This document shows, in pieces, positions 25,109 to 38,300 of a stretch of 61,282 nt of DNA. The translations under genes were made by a program, and so were the position numbers. The DNA is from Macrostomum lignano (taxonomy: Eukaryota): positions 1 to 61,282 of the forward strand of contig NIVC01000285.1 in the NCBI GenBank assembly GCA_002269645.1. Reading direction: 5' to 3'. Every line of letters starts with the position of its first letter. Positions within the stretch are counted from its first letter, which is position 1. Under the pieces are notes generated by a model. That model searched no databases, was not told the DNA's origin, and was given only the letters and a program-made list of their open reading frames with translations.

Positions 25109-28100
25109 TCACAGCTGGCTGACCATCACGGTCCTGCGGCCCAACAGGTCGTCCAGCTCCTCCCTGGGGCCGAATCCGTCGTCTGGCCGGTTGCCCTGGT
25201 GGCAGCTGGCGGCGAGCAAGGCGGAGCTCGCGCCGCTGGCTGGGCAGTCGTGCAGCATGCTGTGCAGCACCGAGTTCGCCAGCTTCTGACTCAGCGCCAC
25301 GCAGGAGTGCCGGCGCTGCGCCGTCGGGCTGCCATTGGCCGGGATCTCGTAGATGATATTCGGCGGCGTCAGGCAGCGCGCCTGCGCCAGCGGCAGGTGC
25401 GCCATCGGCGTCGCCGCGGTTGTCTCTTTCAAAGCGTCCATCATTTCGTCCACATCCTGCTGGCTGCAGTCGCAGGTGGTGCCGCCAACGGCTGAGAATA
25501 GGTCCAGCTGGATGTCTTGGTTGACGCGGCCCGGGGCGGCGGCGGCGCCGGCAGCGGCAGCAGCAGTAGCAACGTTGGCGTTGGCCGCTGCACCGCTAGC
25601 GCCACCGAAGCAGGCCGCCAGACAGGGCGCCAGGCCCATTCGGATGTGCGACCGGAAGTGCTTGTTCAGCGAGACGTAGATGAAGAAGTTCAGGTTGAGA
25701 CAGAGCAGGTAGACGATCTCACAGACCGGATGCAGGCGGCGATACATCGGGCAGCAGATCCACAGCAGAGTGTTGCCGCACGGACAGGCCGAGTAGATGT
25801 AGGAGAAGATGTCCTTCATCAGCAGCGACCTGGGCACCTGGCCGAGGAGGAACACGAAGATGACGACAATCAGCAGGATTGTCAGGTTCTTCTGCGCCTG
25901 AATTCTGTTCAACGAAGCTTGAAGCACCTTGGAGGCGCGCTTAACAGACAGGTACTTCTGACGGTTAGCGTAGTTTTTTCGTTGGTGATTGAGCACCAGG
26001 TACAGCAGCAAGGTGTTGTTCACGGCCAGCACAATGAACGGCACAATGGCTGACAAGCCGAGCTTCAAAATCGAGTAAACACTGTAGTCTGTGGAACTGC
26101 CAAACTGAGTCTGCTCAATGCTGAGCACCTTTCTGGTGGCATTGGTAATTGGATTCTGACGAGTTCGAAGAACAATTCGCGAATGGAACGAGTTGGGCAG
26201 GTTCAATAACAGACTGATGACGCACACAATCACAATAGTCAACTTGGTGTCCGTGCGGTGACAGCGGGTTCGCCTGAAATGGAAATATTTCATAGCCAGG
26301 TAGCGTTCGAGTCCAAGAATGACAGTCAGCCAGGAGCAGATCGTCTGCAGCGTGAAGTTCAGCGTGTTGGTGAAGTAGACGCCCAGGTACACCAGGCCGC
26401 CTTGGATGTAGGCAAAAGTCTCCGTGCCGCAGGGCCAGCGACCTGGGTGGTCCCAGCACCTGTGAGACGGGTTGGGGTTGCAGGTGTTTAGGAGTTTTTT
26501 GCTTTGATCTGAAAATGGTTCAATGCTCTCACTGTCAGTCCTTTGATGTACCGCTATTTCCTATGCAGTCCTTTGATGCGCCGTTATCTCCTATGGAGTC
26601 CTTTGATGTGCCGCTACATAAAATGCAGTCCTTTGATTTACCACTATTTCCTATGCAGTCCTTTGATGCTCCGCTATCTCCTATGCAGTCCTTTGATGTA
26701 CCGCTATTTCCTATGCAGTCCTTTGATGTGCCGCTACCTTCTATGCAGTCCTTTGATGTGCCGCTATCTCCTATGGAGTCCTTTGATGTGCCGCAACATA
26801 ATATGCAGTCCTTTGATCTACCGCTACCTTCTATGCAGTCCTTTGATCTACCGCTACCTTCTATGCAGTCCTTTGATCTACCGCTACCTTCTATGCAGTC
26901 CTTTGATGCGCCGCTATCTCCTATGCAGTCCTTTGATGTACCGCAACCCCCACGCATTCCTTTGATATACCGCTACCTCCCATAGCCTTTTGATGTGCCG
27001 CTACCTCCCACAGTCCTGCATGCGTGTATTTGATTTTGTACTTGCCAAAATATTTGCCATTGTTTCAAGGTAAAAATAGAAATAAAGACATATCCAATCA
27101 TTTGATTTATTAATCGCATTGAGCTCGTATCGACTGTAACAATTAACTCATCAAGCTTCTATCGGTTATTTTATCATCGATAGGGCAAAGTACTATGCAT
27201 CTGCGTGAGCGCACATGGATCGTAAATCACTGTCAGGTAACTCTCTCTAATCAATGTGGCCATAATATTGTGGAAAACTCTGCTTTCCACAGCGTCTAGG
27301 CAATACGACGTAGCCCTCAATATTGCTGGCGCTCAACCAGCTATTGATGTATCAAACAGCTCCCATGTAGTATAGGAAATTAGTGATTTCCTGAGCTATG
27401 GACAATCTGGGACAGTGATGGGAGTCAAAAATAGAAACAGCAGCAGAGGTGAACGAGTGGAGCTTCAATCGAGAAAGTGCATCAATCACGCTGTGCCATT
27501 TATCCCTTAAGTTATCTCTTATTTTCCATCTCCCCCCAGATACCAACCAGCCTCTCTTAGACTCTCATCGATCTCTATTGAGATTCTCATCGATTACTAT
27601 TGAGATTCTCATCGATTACTATTGAGATTCTCATTGATTACTATTGAGATTCTGATTGATCTCTATTGAGATTCTCATCGATCTCTATTGAAATTCTGAT
27701 TGATCTCTATTGAGATTCACATCGATCTCCATTGAAATTCTGATCGATCTCTATTGAGATTCTCATCGATCTCTATTGAAATTCTGATTGATCTCTATTG
27801 AGATTCTCATCGATGTCTCTTGAGATTCTCATCGATCTCTATTGAGATTCTGATTGATCTCTATTGAGATTCTCATCGATCTCTATTGAAATTCTGATTG
27901 ATCTCTATTGAGATTCTCATCGATGTCTCTTGAGATTCTCATCGATCTCTATTGAGATTCTGATTGATCTCTATTGAGATTCTCATCGATCTCTATTGAA
28001 ATTCTGATTGATCTCTATTGAGATTCACATCGATCTCTATTGAAATTCTGATTGATCTCTATTGAGATTCTCATCGATCTCTATTGAGATTCTGATTGAT

Positions 28101-30145
28101 CTCTATTGAGATTCTCATCGATCTCTATTGAGATTCTGATTGATCTCTATTGAGATTCTCATCGATCTCTATTGAAACTCTGATTGATCTATATTGAGAT
28201 TCTCATCGATGTCTCTTGAGATTCTCATCGATCTCTATTGAGATTCTGATTGATCTATATTGAGATTCTCATCGATGTCTCTTGAGATTCTCATCGATCT
28301 CTATTGAGATTCTCATCGATCTCTATTGAGATTCTCATCGATCTCTATTGAGATTCTCATCGATCTCTATTGAGATTCTCATCGATTACTATTGAGACTC
28401 TCATCGATTACTATTGAGATTCTCATTGATTACTATTGAGATTCTGATTGATCTCTATTGAGATTCTCATCGATCTCTATTGAAACTCTGATTGATCTAT
28501 ATTGAGATTCTCATCGATGTCTCTTGAGATTCTCATCGATCTCTATTGATATTCTCATCGATCTTTATTGAGATTCTGATTGATCTCTATTGAGATTCTC
28601 ATCGATCTCTATTGAGATTCTCATCGATCTCTATTGAGATTCTCATCGATCTCTATTGAGATTCTGATTGATCTATATTGAGATTCTCATCGATGTCTCT
28701 TGAGATTCTCATCGATCTCTATTGAGATTCTCATCGATCTCTATTGAGATTCTCATCGATCTCTATTGAGATTCTCATCGATCTCTATTAAGATTCTCAT
28801 CGATCTCTATTGAGATTCTCATCGATCTCTATTGAGATTCTCATCGATCTCTATTGAGATTCTCATCGATCTCTATTGAGATTCTCATCGATCTCTATTA
28901 AGATTCTCATCTATCTCTATTGAGATTCTCATCGATCTCTCTTGAGATTCTCATCGATTCTCAGCTATATCTCCCTATTCTTCAACGTATTACTATTAAT
29001 TTCTCTGGTTCATTTCATTTTTTTCACTGCGGCTTAACTAAGCCAGTTTTGAGTAGGTCTCTGTCTGTTTTGAGTAGGACAGGGCCACTCGCTCCAATCC
29101 TTTGTCAAACGCTGGCATCCAGGGAAGAGAGAGATCCCGGAATGAAATCGGATCAATTCACAATTGTCTCTCTATAGAATTGCCAGGAAAATGAAATTCA
29201 TAATGGCGCTTTTTATTACTGTTTCCTTAGCAACACTGGCATGCACGAGATTATCTAATGGCATGCTTGTCCTTTTATCCGTACCGGATTACTTTGACGC
29301 CCCTTAATCTTTAATCCATCTGGTCCCTGACTCAGCGGTAGCAATGAGAATTTTTCATTGCTGCTCTGCATGCCTGGCGCATCAGCGCTCGGCTTTGCTT
29401 CTTGAAGTTCTGTATGATTCGTTTGTGAAAATTTCTCTCCTATACAGACTTTATCAACTGGATCGAGACAAATGTGTCTAACAGGTCAAGCTTGTGTCTA
29501 ACAGGTCAAGCTTGTGTCTAACAGGTCAAGCTACAATCTATCAGGTCAAGCTACAATCTAACAGGTTAAGCTACTATCTAACAGGTCAAGCTACAATCTA
29601 ACAGGTCAAGCTACAATCTAACAGGTCAAGCTACTATCTAACAGGTCAGGCTACTATCTAACAGGTCAAGCTACAATCTAACAGGTCAAGCTACTACCTA
29701 ACAGGTCAAGCTACAATCTAATAGGTCAAGCTACAATCTAACAGGTCAAGCTACTATCTAACAGGTTAAGCTACAATCTAACAGGTCAAGCTACAATCTA
29801 ACAGGTCAGTTTCGAAGCTCACCTAAGCGCCGACAAGATATAGACAAAGTATATCCCGAGAAACAGCGCATCAACCATGGAGATCGCGGCCATGTAGGCA
29901 TAGGCCGGGCCATCAAAATGCTGCCGGCGAAACACGCTGAAGTTTACGGAGTTAAGACACAGGCCTGTGAGGCAGAGAATCGCGGGCAGGTAGAATGTGA
30001 GAACGAACTCCAGATTGCTTTCGGCGGGACTCAAACGGCAGGAGCTCTCATTGCGAAGGTGTCGCATCAGTTGAGAAATGGGCGACGCGCAGGTGAGGTT
30101 GAACTCCTGCGACAGGCCGCTGGGCAGCCCGGTACCTCTGTCCAT
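25109..30145 (-). CDS. Rhodopsin-like (class A) peptide-type GPCR, FMRFamide-receptor-like group; 2 exons, about 557 aa
   Basis: Exon 1 30145-29823 (ATG of MDRGTG; the track start is TTG; donor GTGAG; phase 2). Exon 2 26459-25109 (acceptor CTCACAG; the junction AG+G gives R then CWDHP). Seven hydrophobic segments, N-glycan sequons NLT and NES, TM3 SWLTVILGLERY, TM7 LNLNFFIY; total 1674 nt = 3n. Confidence 0.93.
26535..27010. repeat. 30-bp minisatellite (CAGTCCTTTGATGTGCCGCTATCTCCTATG)
   Basis: Period 30 (26536, 26566); in the GPCR intron. Confidence 0.95.
27560..28960. repeat. 22-bp minisatellite (ATTGAGATTCTCATCGATCTCT)
   Basis: Period 22 (28321, 28343); about 63 copies; in the GPCR intron. 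Confidence 0.97.
29476..29810. repeat. 20-bp minisatellite (ACAGGTCAAGCTACAATCTA)
   Basis: About 16 copies ending about 12 bp from the GPCR donor site. Confidence 0.95.
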
Positions 30146-30435
30146 TGCGGCTTCTAGGGACCGATGAACTTTTCTGCTGGATTGCCTGTGCTCTTCTTCT
30201 AGGAGAAGATATTTAGTGAAGTTTCTAGAATCAGCCCACGGGTTTCCTGTACTTATGCAGAGATAAAAACTGTTGTATTGAGTGCAGGCGCCAGCCAATC
30301 AAAATGGGGTGAGGCCGAAGTCATGGAGTGCTGGAGTTAGAGCTTGGACAGAAACTGCAGGTCATGATGCAAAAAGGGGGATGTCAACTTCAGTCGGCTT
30401 GTACCAATGGGAGCTTGTTTTGGAGGTCTGGGTGG

Positions 30436-30800
30436 GCGCCACCGGCTGTTAGATGGGCGCCCCAGTCTCTTGGTGGGCGCCCCTGTCTCTTGGTGTGCGC
30501 CCCTGTCTCTTGGTGGGCGCCCCAGTCTCTCGGTGGGCGCCCCAGTCTCTTGGTGGGCGCCCCTGTCTCTTGGTGGGCGCCCCTGTCTCTTGGTGGGCGC
30601 CCCTGTCTCTTGGTGGGCGCCCCTGTCTCTTGGTGGGCGCCCCTGTCTTTTGGTGGGCGCCCCTGTCTCTTGGTGGGCGCCCCAGTCTCTTGGTGGGCGC
30701 CCCTGTCTCTCGGTGGGCGCCCCTGTCTCTCGGTGGGCGCCCCTGTCTCTCGGTGGGCGCCCCTGTATCTCAGTGGGCGCCCCTGTATCTTGGTGGGCGC
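30436..30800. repeat. 20-bp minisatellite (GGTGGGCGCCCCTGTCTCTT)
   Basis: About 18 copies; explains the overlapping ORFs at 30328-30872. Confidence 0.95.
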
Positions 30801-31429
30801 CTCTGTTATTCATTGAGGTTTCCAAACCAGATCTCTATAGTTAAAAGCGTCCATGACTCGGCCGGCTGTTAAATGGCGAAGCCACTCACGATGCAGCTCA
30901 TTCTCACGGTCCAGCGTCCCCCATTCCCTCTCTCCTCCCCCTCTCGTTTTTTATCACCTCTTTCGTCCTTTTTTTCCAAGTCTCATTCTGAAGTCTCGCA
31001 AACAGGTGTTCACTCGCGTTTAGCTATAGCCGCTCTATGCATATCGGCAGGTAGAATAGTTAATACGCTTGCTTGGTTCTTCCAATCGTCTCCTGCACTC
31101 TCTCTTGCCTGAGCCCTTCAACATAAAACCCCATTTCAAGTTTCTGCCCTCGCCCACTCGCTTCAGTCTTTTGTCCTTAGCCTGGGGATCTGTCCAGCCT
31201 CCCATTGCTCCCATTGATTTCTTCCCAGTCTGTGTTTTTTCAGTCGCTGGGAGGGTTTGGCGACAACTATTTTAGTCTGCCCTCCATTCCCTCCTCCCTT
31301 GTTTTCTCCTTATTTGGATCCCCCTGGGCATGGGCATGGACTACTATTATAGACAGAAGATCTGGAATGGAAACCTAAATTAAAAAGGCTCAAATAGACA
31401 TATTTTGCTTTTTGACGCCGAAATATTTT

Positions 31430-31900
31430 TATCTGGCGCCTCAACACATAATTTGGCGCCTAAATGTTTAATTTGGCGCCTAAATATTTAATTTGGTTCC
31501 TAGATATTTAATATGGCGCCTAAATATTTAATATGGCGCCTCAGCACATAGTTTGGCGCCAAAATGTCCAATATAGAGCCGAAATGTTTAATCTGGCGCC
31601 TGAATATTTAATCTGGCGCTTAAATGATTAATTTTGTGCCTAAATGTTTTAATTTGGTGCCTAAATGTTTAATTTGGTGCCTAAATGTTTAATTTGGCAC
31701 CTAAATGGTTAATTTGGCGCCTAAATGTTTAATTTGGAGCCTAAATGTTTAATTTGGCGCCTAAATGTTTAATTTGGCGCCTAAATGTTTAATTTGGCGC
31801 CTATAAATGTTTAATTTGGCGCCTAAATGTTTAATTTGGCGCCTAAATGTTTAATTTGGCGCCTCAGCACATAGTTTGGCGCCAAAATGTTTAATCTGGC
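31430..31900. repeat. 20-bp minisatellite (TAAATGTTTAATTTGGCGCC)
   Basis: About 23 copies; cleanest at 31741-31800. Confidence 0.93.
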
Positions 31901-32379
31901 TTGAAAATGTTTAATTTTGTTTAAAATGGCGCCTTAGCACTGTAACACATTCAACGAAATTCGATTTAAACGAACCCACACAGCTAAGCCCAGACCCTCT
32001 TGCCAGAGGCCACTCAGCCAACCAGTTCCATAGGCCTTCAATACGGTCAATAGTTGAGCTAATTAAATCTAATTGAACTTTTTCTTTCGCTTAACAAGAG
32101 TCCAATATTCAAAAGAAGCGCACTATTCTATTAAGATTGATTGGCTGCCAGGCACACTTGCCTTCGGTCGGGAATTTATTAGATTTACCCGAACCTCCCC
32201 GATGCGAGCGATTGATTCGTCAGTGCGTTCGTTAGAGCGGGGCATGCCAAGCATGCTGCTCAGGCACTTCTGCCATCTGCCCCGCCTTCTCTGCACTTTT
32301 CTGTGTCTTCTGTACTGTCGATTTCTCACCTCTCACATTCTCGCCTCTCTACCTTTGCTGCCTACCTCTCGCTCTCTAC

Positions 32380-33070
32380 CTCTCCCCTATCTACCTATCC
32401 ACCTCTCTACCTGTCCACTTCTCTACTTCTCCCCCTCTTTACCTCTCCCCTCTTTACCTCTCCCCTCTCTACCTCTCCCCTCTCTAACTCTCCCTCTTTA
32501 CGTCTCCCCTCTCTACCTCTCCCCTCTCCAACTCTCCCCTCTTTACCTCTCCTCTCTCTAACTCTCCCCTCTCTACCTCTCCCCTCTCTAACTCTCCCCT
32601 CTCTAACTCTCCCTCTTTACCTCTCCTCTCTCTAACTCTCCCCTCTCTACCTCTCCCCTCTCTAACTCTCCCCTCTCTAACTCTCCCTCTTTACCTCTCC
32701 TCTCTCTAACTCTCCCCTCTCTACCTCTCCCTCTTTACCTCCCCTCTCTACCTCTCCCCTCTCTACCTCTCCCCCCTCTAACTCTCCCTCTTTACATCTC
32801 CCCTCTCTACCTCTCCCCTCTCTAACTCTCCCTCTTTACATCTCCCCTCTCTACCTCTCCCCCCTCCAACTCTCCCTCTTTACATCTCCCCTCTCTACCT
32901 CTCCCCTCTCTAACTCTCCCCTCTCTAACTCTCCCTCTTTACATCTCCCCTCTCTACCTCTCCCCTCTCTAACTCTCCCTCTTTACATCTCCCCTCTCTA
33001 CCTCTCCCCTCTCTACCTCTCCCCCCTCTAACTCTCCCTCTTTACATCTCCCCTCTCCCCTCTCTACCTC
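32380..33070. repeat. Pyrimidine-rich (C/T) degenerate repeat
   Basis: CTCTCCCCTCTCTAAC / CTCTAC-type units over about 690 bp. Confidence 0.92.
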
Positions 33071-33309
33071 TTTTGCGCTTCCACATGTACCTTTCCCTCT
33101 ACCTATCCATTCTCTACATTTTCCCCTGCCCTGGGTTGTTGGATATGCCCCAAAAGGCCCTTTTTGGTTATGAGTCGCTAAACTGTCTACTAACGAGTAG
33201 GTAAATTCTGCGTTTTGCTTTTTACTACGCTTTTTGACTTATATATCCAGTAATGAGATGAAAACTCAATATTATTTGATTGAAGATTAACTTGACTGAA
33301 ATCTGCTTT

Positions 33310-33500
33310 TTCAATAGGACAATCTGCCACTGTTGATGGGACAATCTGCCCCTGTCGATAGGACAATCTGTCACTGTTGATGGGACAATCTGCCCCTGTC
33401 GATAGGACAATCTGCCACTGTTGATGGGACAATCTGCCACTGTTGATGGGACAATCTGCCACTGTTGATGAGACAATCTGCTTCAGTTTATTGAACAATC
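33310..33500. repeat. 22-bp minisatellite (GGGACAATCTGCCACTGTTGAT)
   Basis: About 8 copies; period 22 (33421, 33443). Confidence 0.88.
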
Positions 33501-34015
33501 TGCCATTGTCACTAACACTGACAATCGGCCAACTGCCTGAGCCTAACTGCCTGCCTCTTTCATTAAAAACATTTTTCTGAGGCTCTTGAAACACTACAAT
33601 GTCGGGAAAATATCAGAAGCTTAATAAAATTCCCAAAAAGGTCGAGCAAAAGTTAAAAATATCTTCTTTTCTACCGAACTACGAGCAGGTGTGAAATACT
33701 GTCACAATGTGAAAGTTTGAAATTCATGCTGCAAAAGAAACCGGAGAAAATTGTGAATGCAGTTTGTGCATCGCCTGTTTACGACTCGAAAGCAATCGGA
33801 TTAGTTGGGGCACTTGGCCGTGAGCAAGTAAACAGTGGAAGGTAAACAGTGGCCCCACCCACTCCTAAAACCTCGCTTGTTTCCTTTGACTTTGGCTTCT
33901 TTTATGACTAGAAAAATAATCCCGAGTGAAACTGAGTGCTTTTCATCGCATGTGAAACTGCTGCTTTTAGTTGTTGCAGTTTCCCGATTAAAGACGGCAA
34001 ACCTGACTGTCACGC

Positions 34016-34071
<56 letters not shown>

Positions 34072-34270
34072 GTGATGATGATGGTGATGATGATGGTGAT
34101 GATGATGGTGATGATGATGATGATGATGATGGTGATGATGATGGTGATGATGATGATGATAATGATGATGATGATGATGATGATGATGATGGTGATGATG
34201 ATGGTGATGATGATGATAATGATGATGATGGTTATGATGATAATGATGATGATGATGATGATAATGATAC

Positions 34271-34301
<31 letters not shown>

Positions 34302-34387
34302 AATGATACTGATGATGATGATGATGATGATGATAATGATGATGATGGTTATGATGATAATGATGATGATGATGATGATAATGATAC

Positions 34388-34431
<44 letters not shown>

Positions 34432-34555
34432 GTGATGATGATGGTGATGATGATGGTTATGATGATGATTATTATTATTGTTACTATTATTAATATTATT
34501 ATTATTATAATTATTAATAGTAATATTATTATTATTATTATTATTAGTAATATTC
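34016..34555. repeat. Compound (GAT)n then (ATT)n microsatellite
   Basis: GAT to about 34470, then ATT/TAT to about 34555; explains the poly-M, poly-D and poly-H ORFs. Confidence 0.97.
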
Positions 34556-35101
34556 AATAAATGCTGTTCTGTTCTCATCAATTTCTGGTTGCTGCTAAAT
34601 ATAAACAAAATCGTTAATTTAAGAGTGCCACTTTTTTAGTTCCTTTGCGAATAATAAAATCGTAATATTTTAACAACGAAATGCGTAGCAATAGCGGCTA
34701 CGAGTAGCTTTTATTTCAAAACTAATTCGAACCTTAGCCGGAATTATGGAATTAAATAGCAGGTACGCTCGTACATGTACTGAAGTACGTCCTTGGCACC
34801 CTGGCTAGACGTTACAACTTATCGGACCCTCGTACTAGATGTGATTTCTTTATTGCTCCAAATCACAATCGCTTTGTTCTTACAACATAGCGATTTTCTT
34901 GCCTGAGCACGGAAATTGCGTGACCAAAAAGCAGTTTTTGACAAATTAAACACACCTTTAGATGTCTGATTTGTCAGCAAAATATGCTGCATTATGCTGG
35001 AAAATTTGCCATTAAGCAGTGCATGTCTAAAGTAAAACGGTTGGATGGTTCGTTCTAAGATGTGAAATATACATGATGGTTACATTGTGAAGTTTAGATA
35101 C

Positions 35102-35299
35102 TGTGGTGAGCGAGAGACAAGCCAGTCAGGTTTAGTCCAACAAACAAAATTCAAACCCTCACCCAAAGGGTGGAGCTATTCTTATATTTACTCGAGAACG
35201 CATGTACATATACAAACAGAGCGCGCATGTACATCGGATCCCTTGACCCCCAAACACCGACTAGCAAAACAACCCAGTGAGTAAACTCACTTTACAACA
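35102..35299 (-). repeat. 3' LTR (198 bp)
   Basis: Identical to 39515-39712; preceded on - by the PPT AAGGAGGGGGG (35314-35304). Confidence 0.97.
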
Positions 35300-35345
35300 T
35301 TCACCCCCCTCCTTAACAGTCACTAATTCCCTTCACAGCTGGCAA

Positions 35346-38300
35346 TCAATGCGTCACGACCTGGCCGTACCACAACGGTGGTGCCCGCAGTCGCGTACTG
35401 CGCCGCAGCTCCGCGTCGGCCTCAGCGGTCGCCGGCGGCGGGTCCGTCGGGCCTTCTGGCGCTGCCGGCTCTGCAGCCACTGGCGGCTGTGGCGGCATTG
35501 CCGTTGCCGAAGTCGTGCTGGCACCCTCGGGCTCCGCATGAGGCATACAGAGGCTGGTGTGCCACCTTGAGCCGTCCTCTAACCTGACGATCGTCGGGCT
35601 GATGATGTCGCTGACCCGTAGAGGTGGTGACACGTGGCTCTGCAGCTTGCCTCGCATCCGCGGAGATCGCACTCGCACCAGGTCGCCGACCCGGAATTGG
35701 CGCGGCGGCTGCCGGGATCTGTTGAGCCGCTTGAACTGCCGTCTTTGCCGCTCCTGGATCTGATCGGCCAGTGGGTGCTCTCGAGTCGCTCGCTTCGGCT
35801 GCAGCGTCCACAGCGGCGTGGTGATCTTGCGGCCGAGCATCAGCTCCGCTGGCGTCACGCCGGTCAGCGCATGCGGTGTCGATCGGTACGCCCACAGGAT
35901 GGACTGCACCGCTTCCAGGAACGAGTAGCCGTCTTGAAGGTGGCTCTTCAAGCCCTCTTTGACTACGCGGTTCAGGCGCTCCACTCCGGAATTTCCTTGA
36001 GGGTGGTAGAACGGAGTCTGACGATGATTGATGCCGTACGCCTTTAGAAAGTCGTTGAACTCCTGGGAGATGAACTGGGGTCCTCCATCGGTGGTGATTA
36101 CGCGCGGAATGCCCCAGCGACAAAACAGCGCCGTGAGACTCTTGATGATAGTCGCAGACGTCGCTGAAGAGAGGCAGACCAGTTCGGGCCACTTTGAATG
36201 CAGGTCATGTACACCGAGTATGAAACGGCAGTTCTGTGGTGCACCCTCGTGCAGCTCTCCGAACAAGTCGATCTGCAGCTCTGTCCACGGTTCCTTCGGC
36301 CACTTGGTCGGGGTCAGCACTGTCCGATGCGGCTTGAAGCTCTTCTCACTGATGATGCACGCAGAGCAGCTGCTGACGAACCTCTCGATGTCGCTGTCCA
36401 TTTTGGGCCACCACGCGGTGTCTCGGCAGTGATGCTTGGTCCTGCTGACTCCCTTGTGACCTTGATGCGCTAAGTCGAGCACTCGCTGGCGCAATTCTTC
36501 CGGTATGACGGCACGAGTTCCCATGGCCAAGCACCTGCCGTTGCTCCAAACAGTCAGCTCGTTCCTAACACTCCAGTAGGGCAGCAGGCGCTCATCGAGC
36601 TTTTTCTTGTCTGGCCAACCGGAAACTGTGAACTCTGCGACTCGTGCCAGGAGCTCGTCCTTTGACGTTGCCTCCGCCAGTTCGTCCTCGGTGACCACGG
36701 TCAGCGCCTCGGCCAGGAGCACTCTTTGGACTTCCAGACCGTCTGTTTCATCGCCTTCCGTCGGCTCGGCCGTGTCCTGGCAGCGCGACAGAAAGTCGGG
36801 CACGATGTTCTTGGCACCCGGGACGTACTTGACGGTGAAGGAGTAGTTTAACAAACGATCAGCCCAGCGATGCAGTCTGAGTGGCCGGTGTCCGCTCCCA
36901 GATGATGACAGCAGCGTGGTGAGAGCCTGGTGATCGGTGTGGAGCTCGAACCGTCGGCCGTAAAGGAAGAAGTTCCAGCGCTCACAGGCGAAGATGCAGG
37001 CCAGGGCTTCCCTCTCGCTCGCCGAGTAGCGGCGCTCCGTAGCACTCAGAGTTCGGCTCGCAAAGGCAACCGGGCGCCACTGGCCGTCGGAGTCTTGCTG
37101 GAGGAGCATCGCACCGAGAGCTGATGCTGAGCTGTCGCAGCTGACGATGATCGGCTGATCTGCGTCGAAAAACTTGAGGCAAGGTGGCTTGCACACTCCT
37201 GCCTTCAGCTGCTCAAAAGCCTGCTGGCACTCACTGGTCCACTTCCACGACTCGTCCTTCCTCAGCAGTTTCATGAGGGGCTCCGCCGTGCTGGAGAGGC
37301 TGGGAATGAAGTTGCCGAAGTACTTCACGACGCCTAGAAACGCAGCCACTTCCTTGGTGTTCGTTGGCGGCTGTACCTTCTCGATAGCTTCGACGTGTGA
37401 CTGCAACGGGCGGACTCCAGAAGCGCTCAGCTCATAGCCTAGGAAGTTGACCTTGTCCTGGCGCCAGGTGCACTTGGCCATATTGATAGTCACGTTGTGC
37501 GTCATCAGAGCTTGCAGCACCTTGAACAGGCGCTTGTCGTGCTCTTCTCTTGATGCCGCGTGCACTACGATGTCGTCAATAAAGTGCACTGCGCCTTTGA
37601 TGCCACTGAGGATCTTAGCCATCACCTTCTGGAACGCAGCCGGTGCACTACTCAGGCCGAAGCACACCCTCCGATATCGATATAGGCCTCGCTCCGTCAC
37701 GAACGTGGTCAGATTTCTGCAGTCCTCGGACAACTCCAGTTGCAGGTAAGACGAATTCAGGTCCAACTTGGAGAAGCATCGTGACCCGGCAAACTCGGCG
37801 GAGAGCTCCTCAAAGGTCGGAAGTGGATATCTGTCCGGTATGATGCTCTTGTTTGGGCCTCTCAGGTCGTTGCAGATCCGGATCGAGCCGTTCGCCTTTG
37901 GCACCACGACTAGGTTTGACACCCAGTCTGAGGCGTCGACCTCCTCGATGATGCCTTGCTGCAGCAGCTGGTCGATCTCCTTTTGAACCGAATCTCTTAG
38001 GCTGAGCGGCACTCTGCGCAACGGTTGAGCAGTCGGTTGCACCGCGGGGTTGACTCGCGGCCTGTGCTGAAATCCTTTGATGTGTCCGAGTCCCTGAGTC
38101 AACTGGTCGAACCGGCCTGGGATCCAGTCAGGCAGGGCTCTCGTGCCGACTGTCTGCACTCGCTCATCGTCTGCAGTGACGATCCACAGTCCCAGCTGAT
38201 CCATGAGGTCGCACCCCAGGATGTCAGATCCGGTAGTGACCACGCTAAGGTTGACGTAAGGCACTACTTTGTCCTTGAGTTGCACCGAGGTCAGGATGTC

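Noticed and set aside
20870-31900. CRISPR-like appearance of the 20-30-bp repeats
   Set aside because: The units are head-to-tail with no unique spacers, there are no cas genes, and the context is eukaryotic.
33835-34608. Poly-Met, poly-Asp and poly-His ORFs
   Set aside because: Frames of (GAT)n/(ATT)n.
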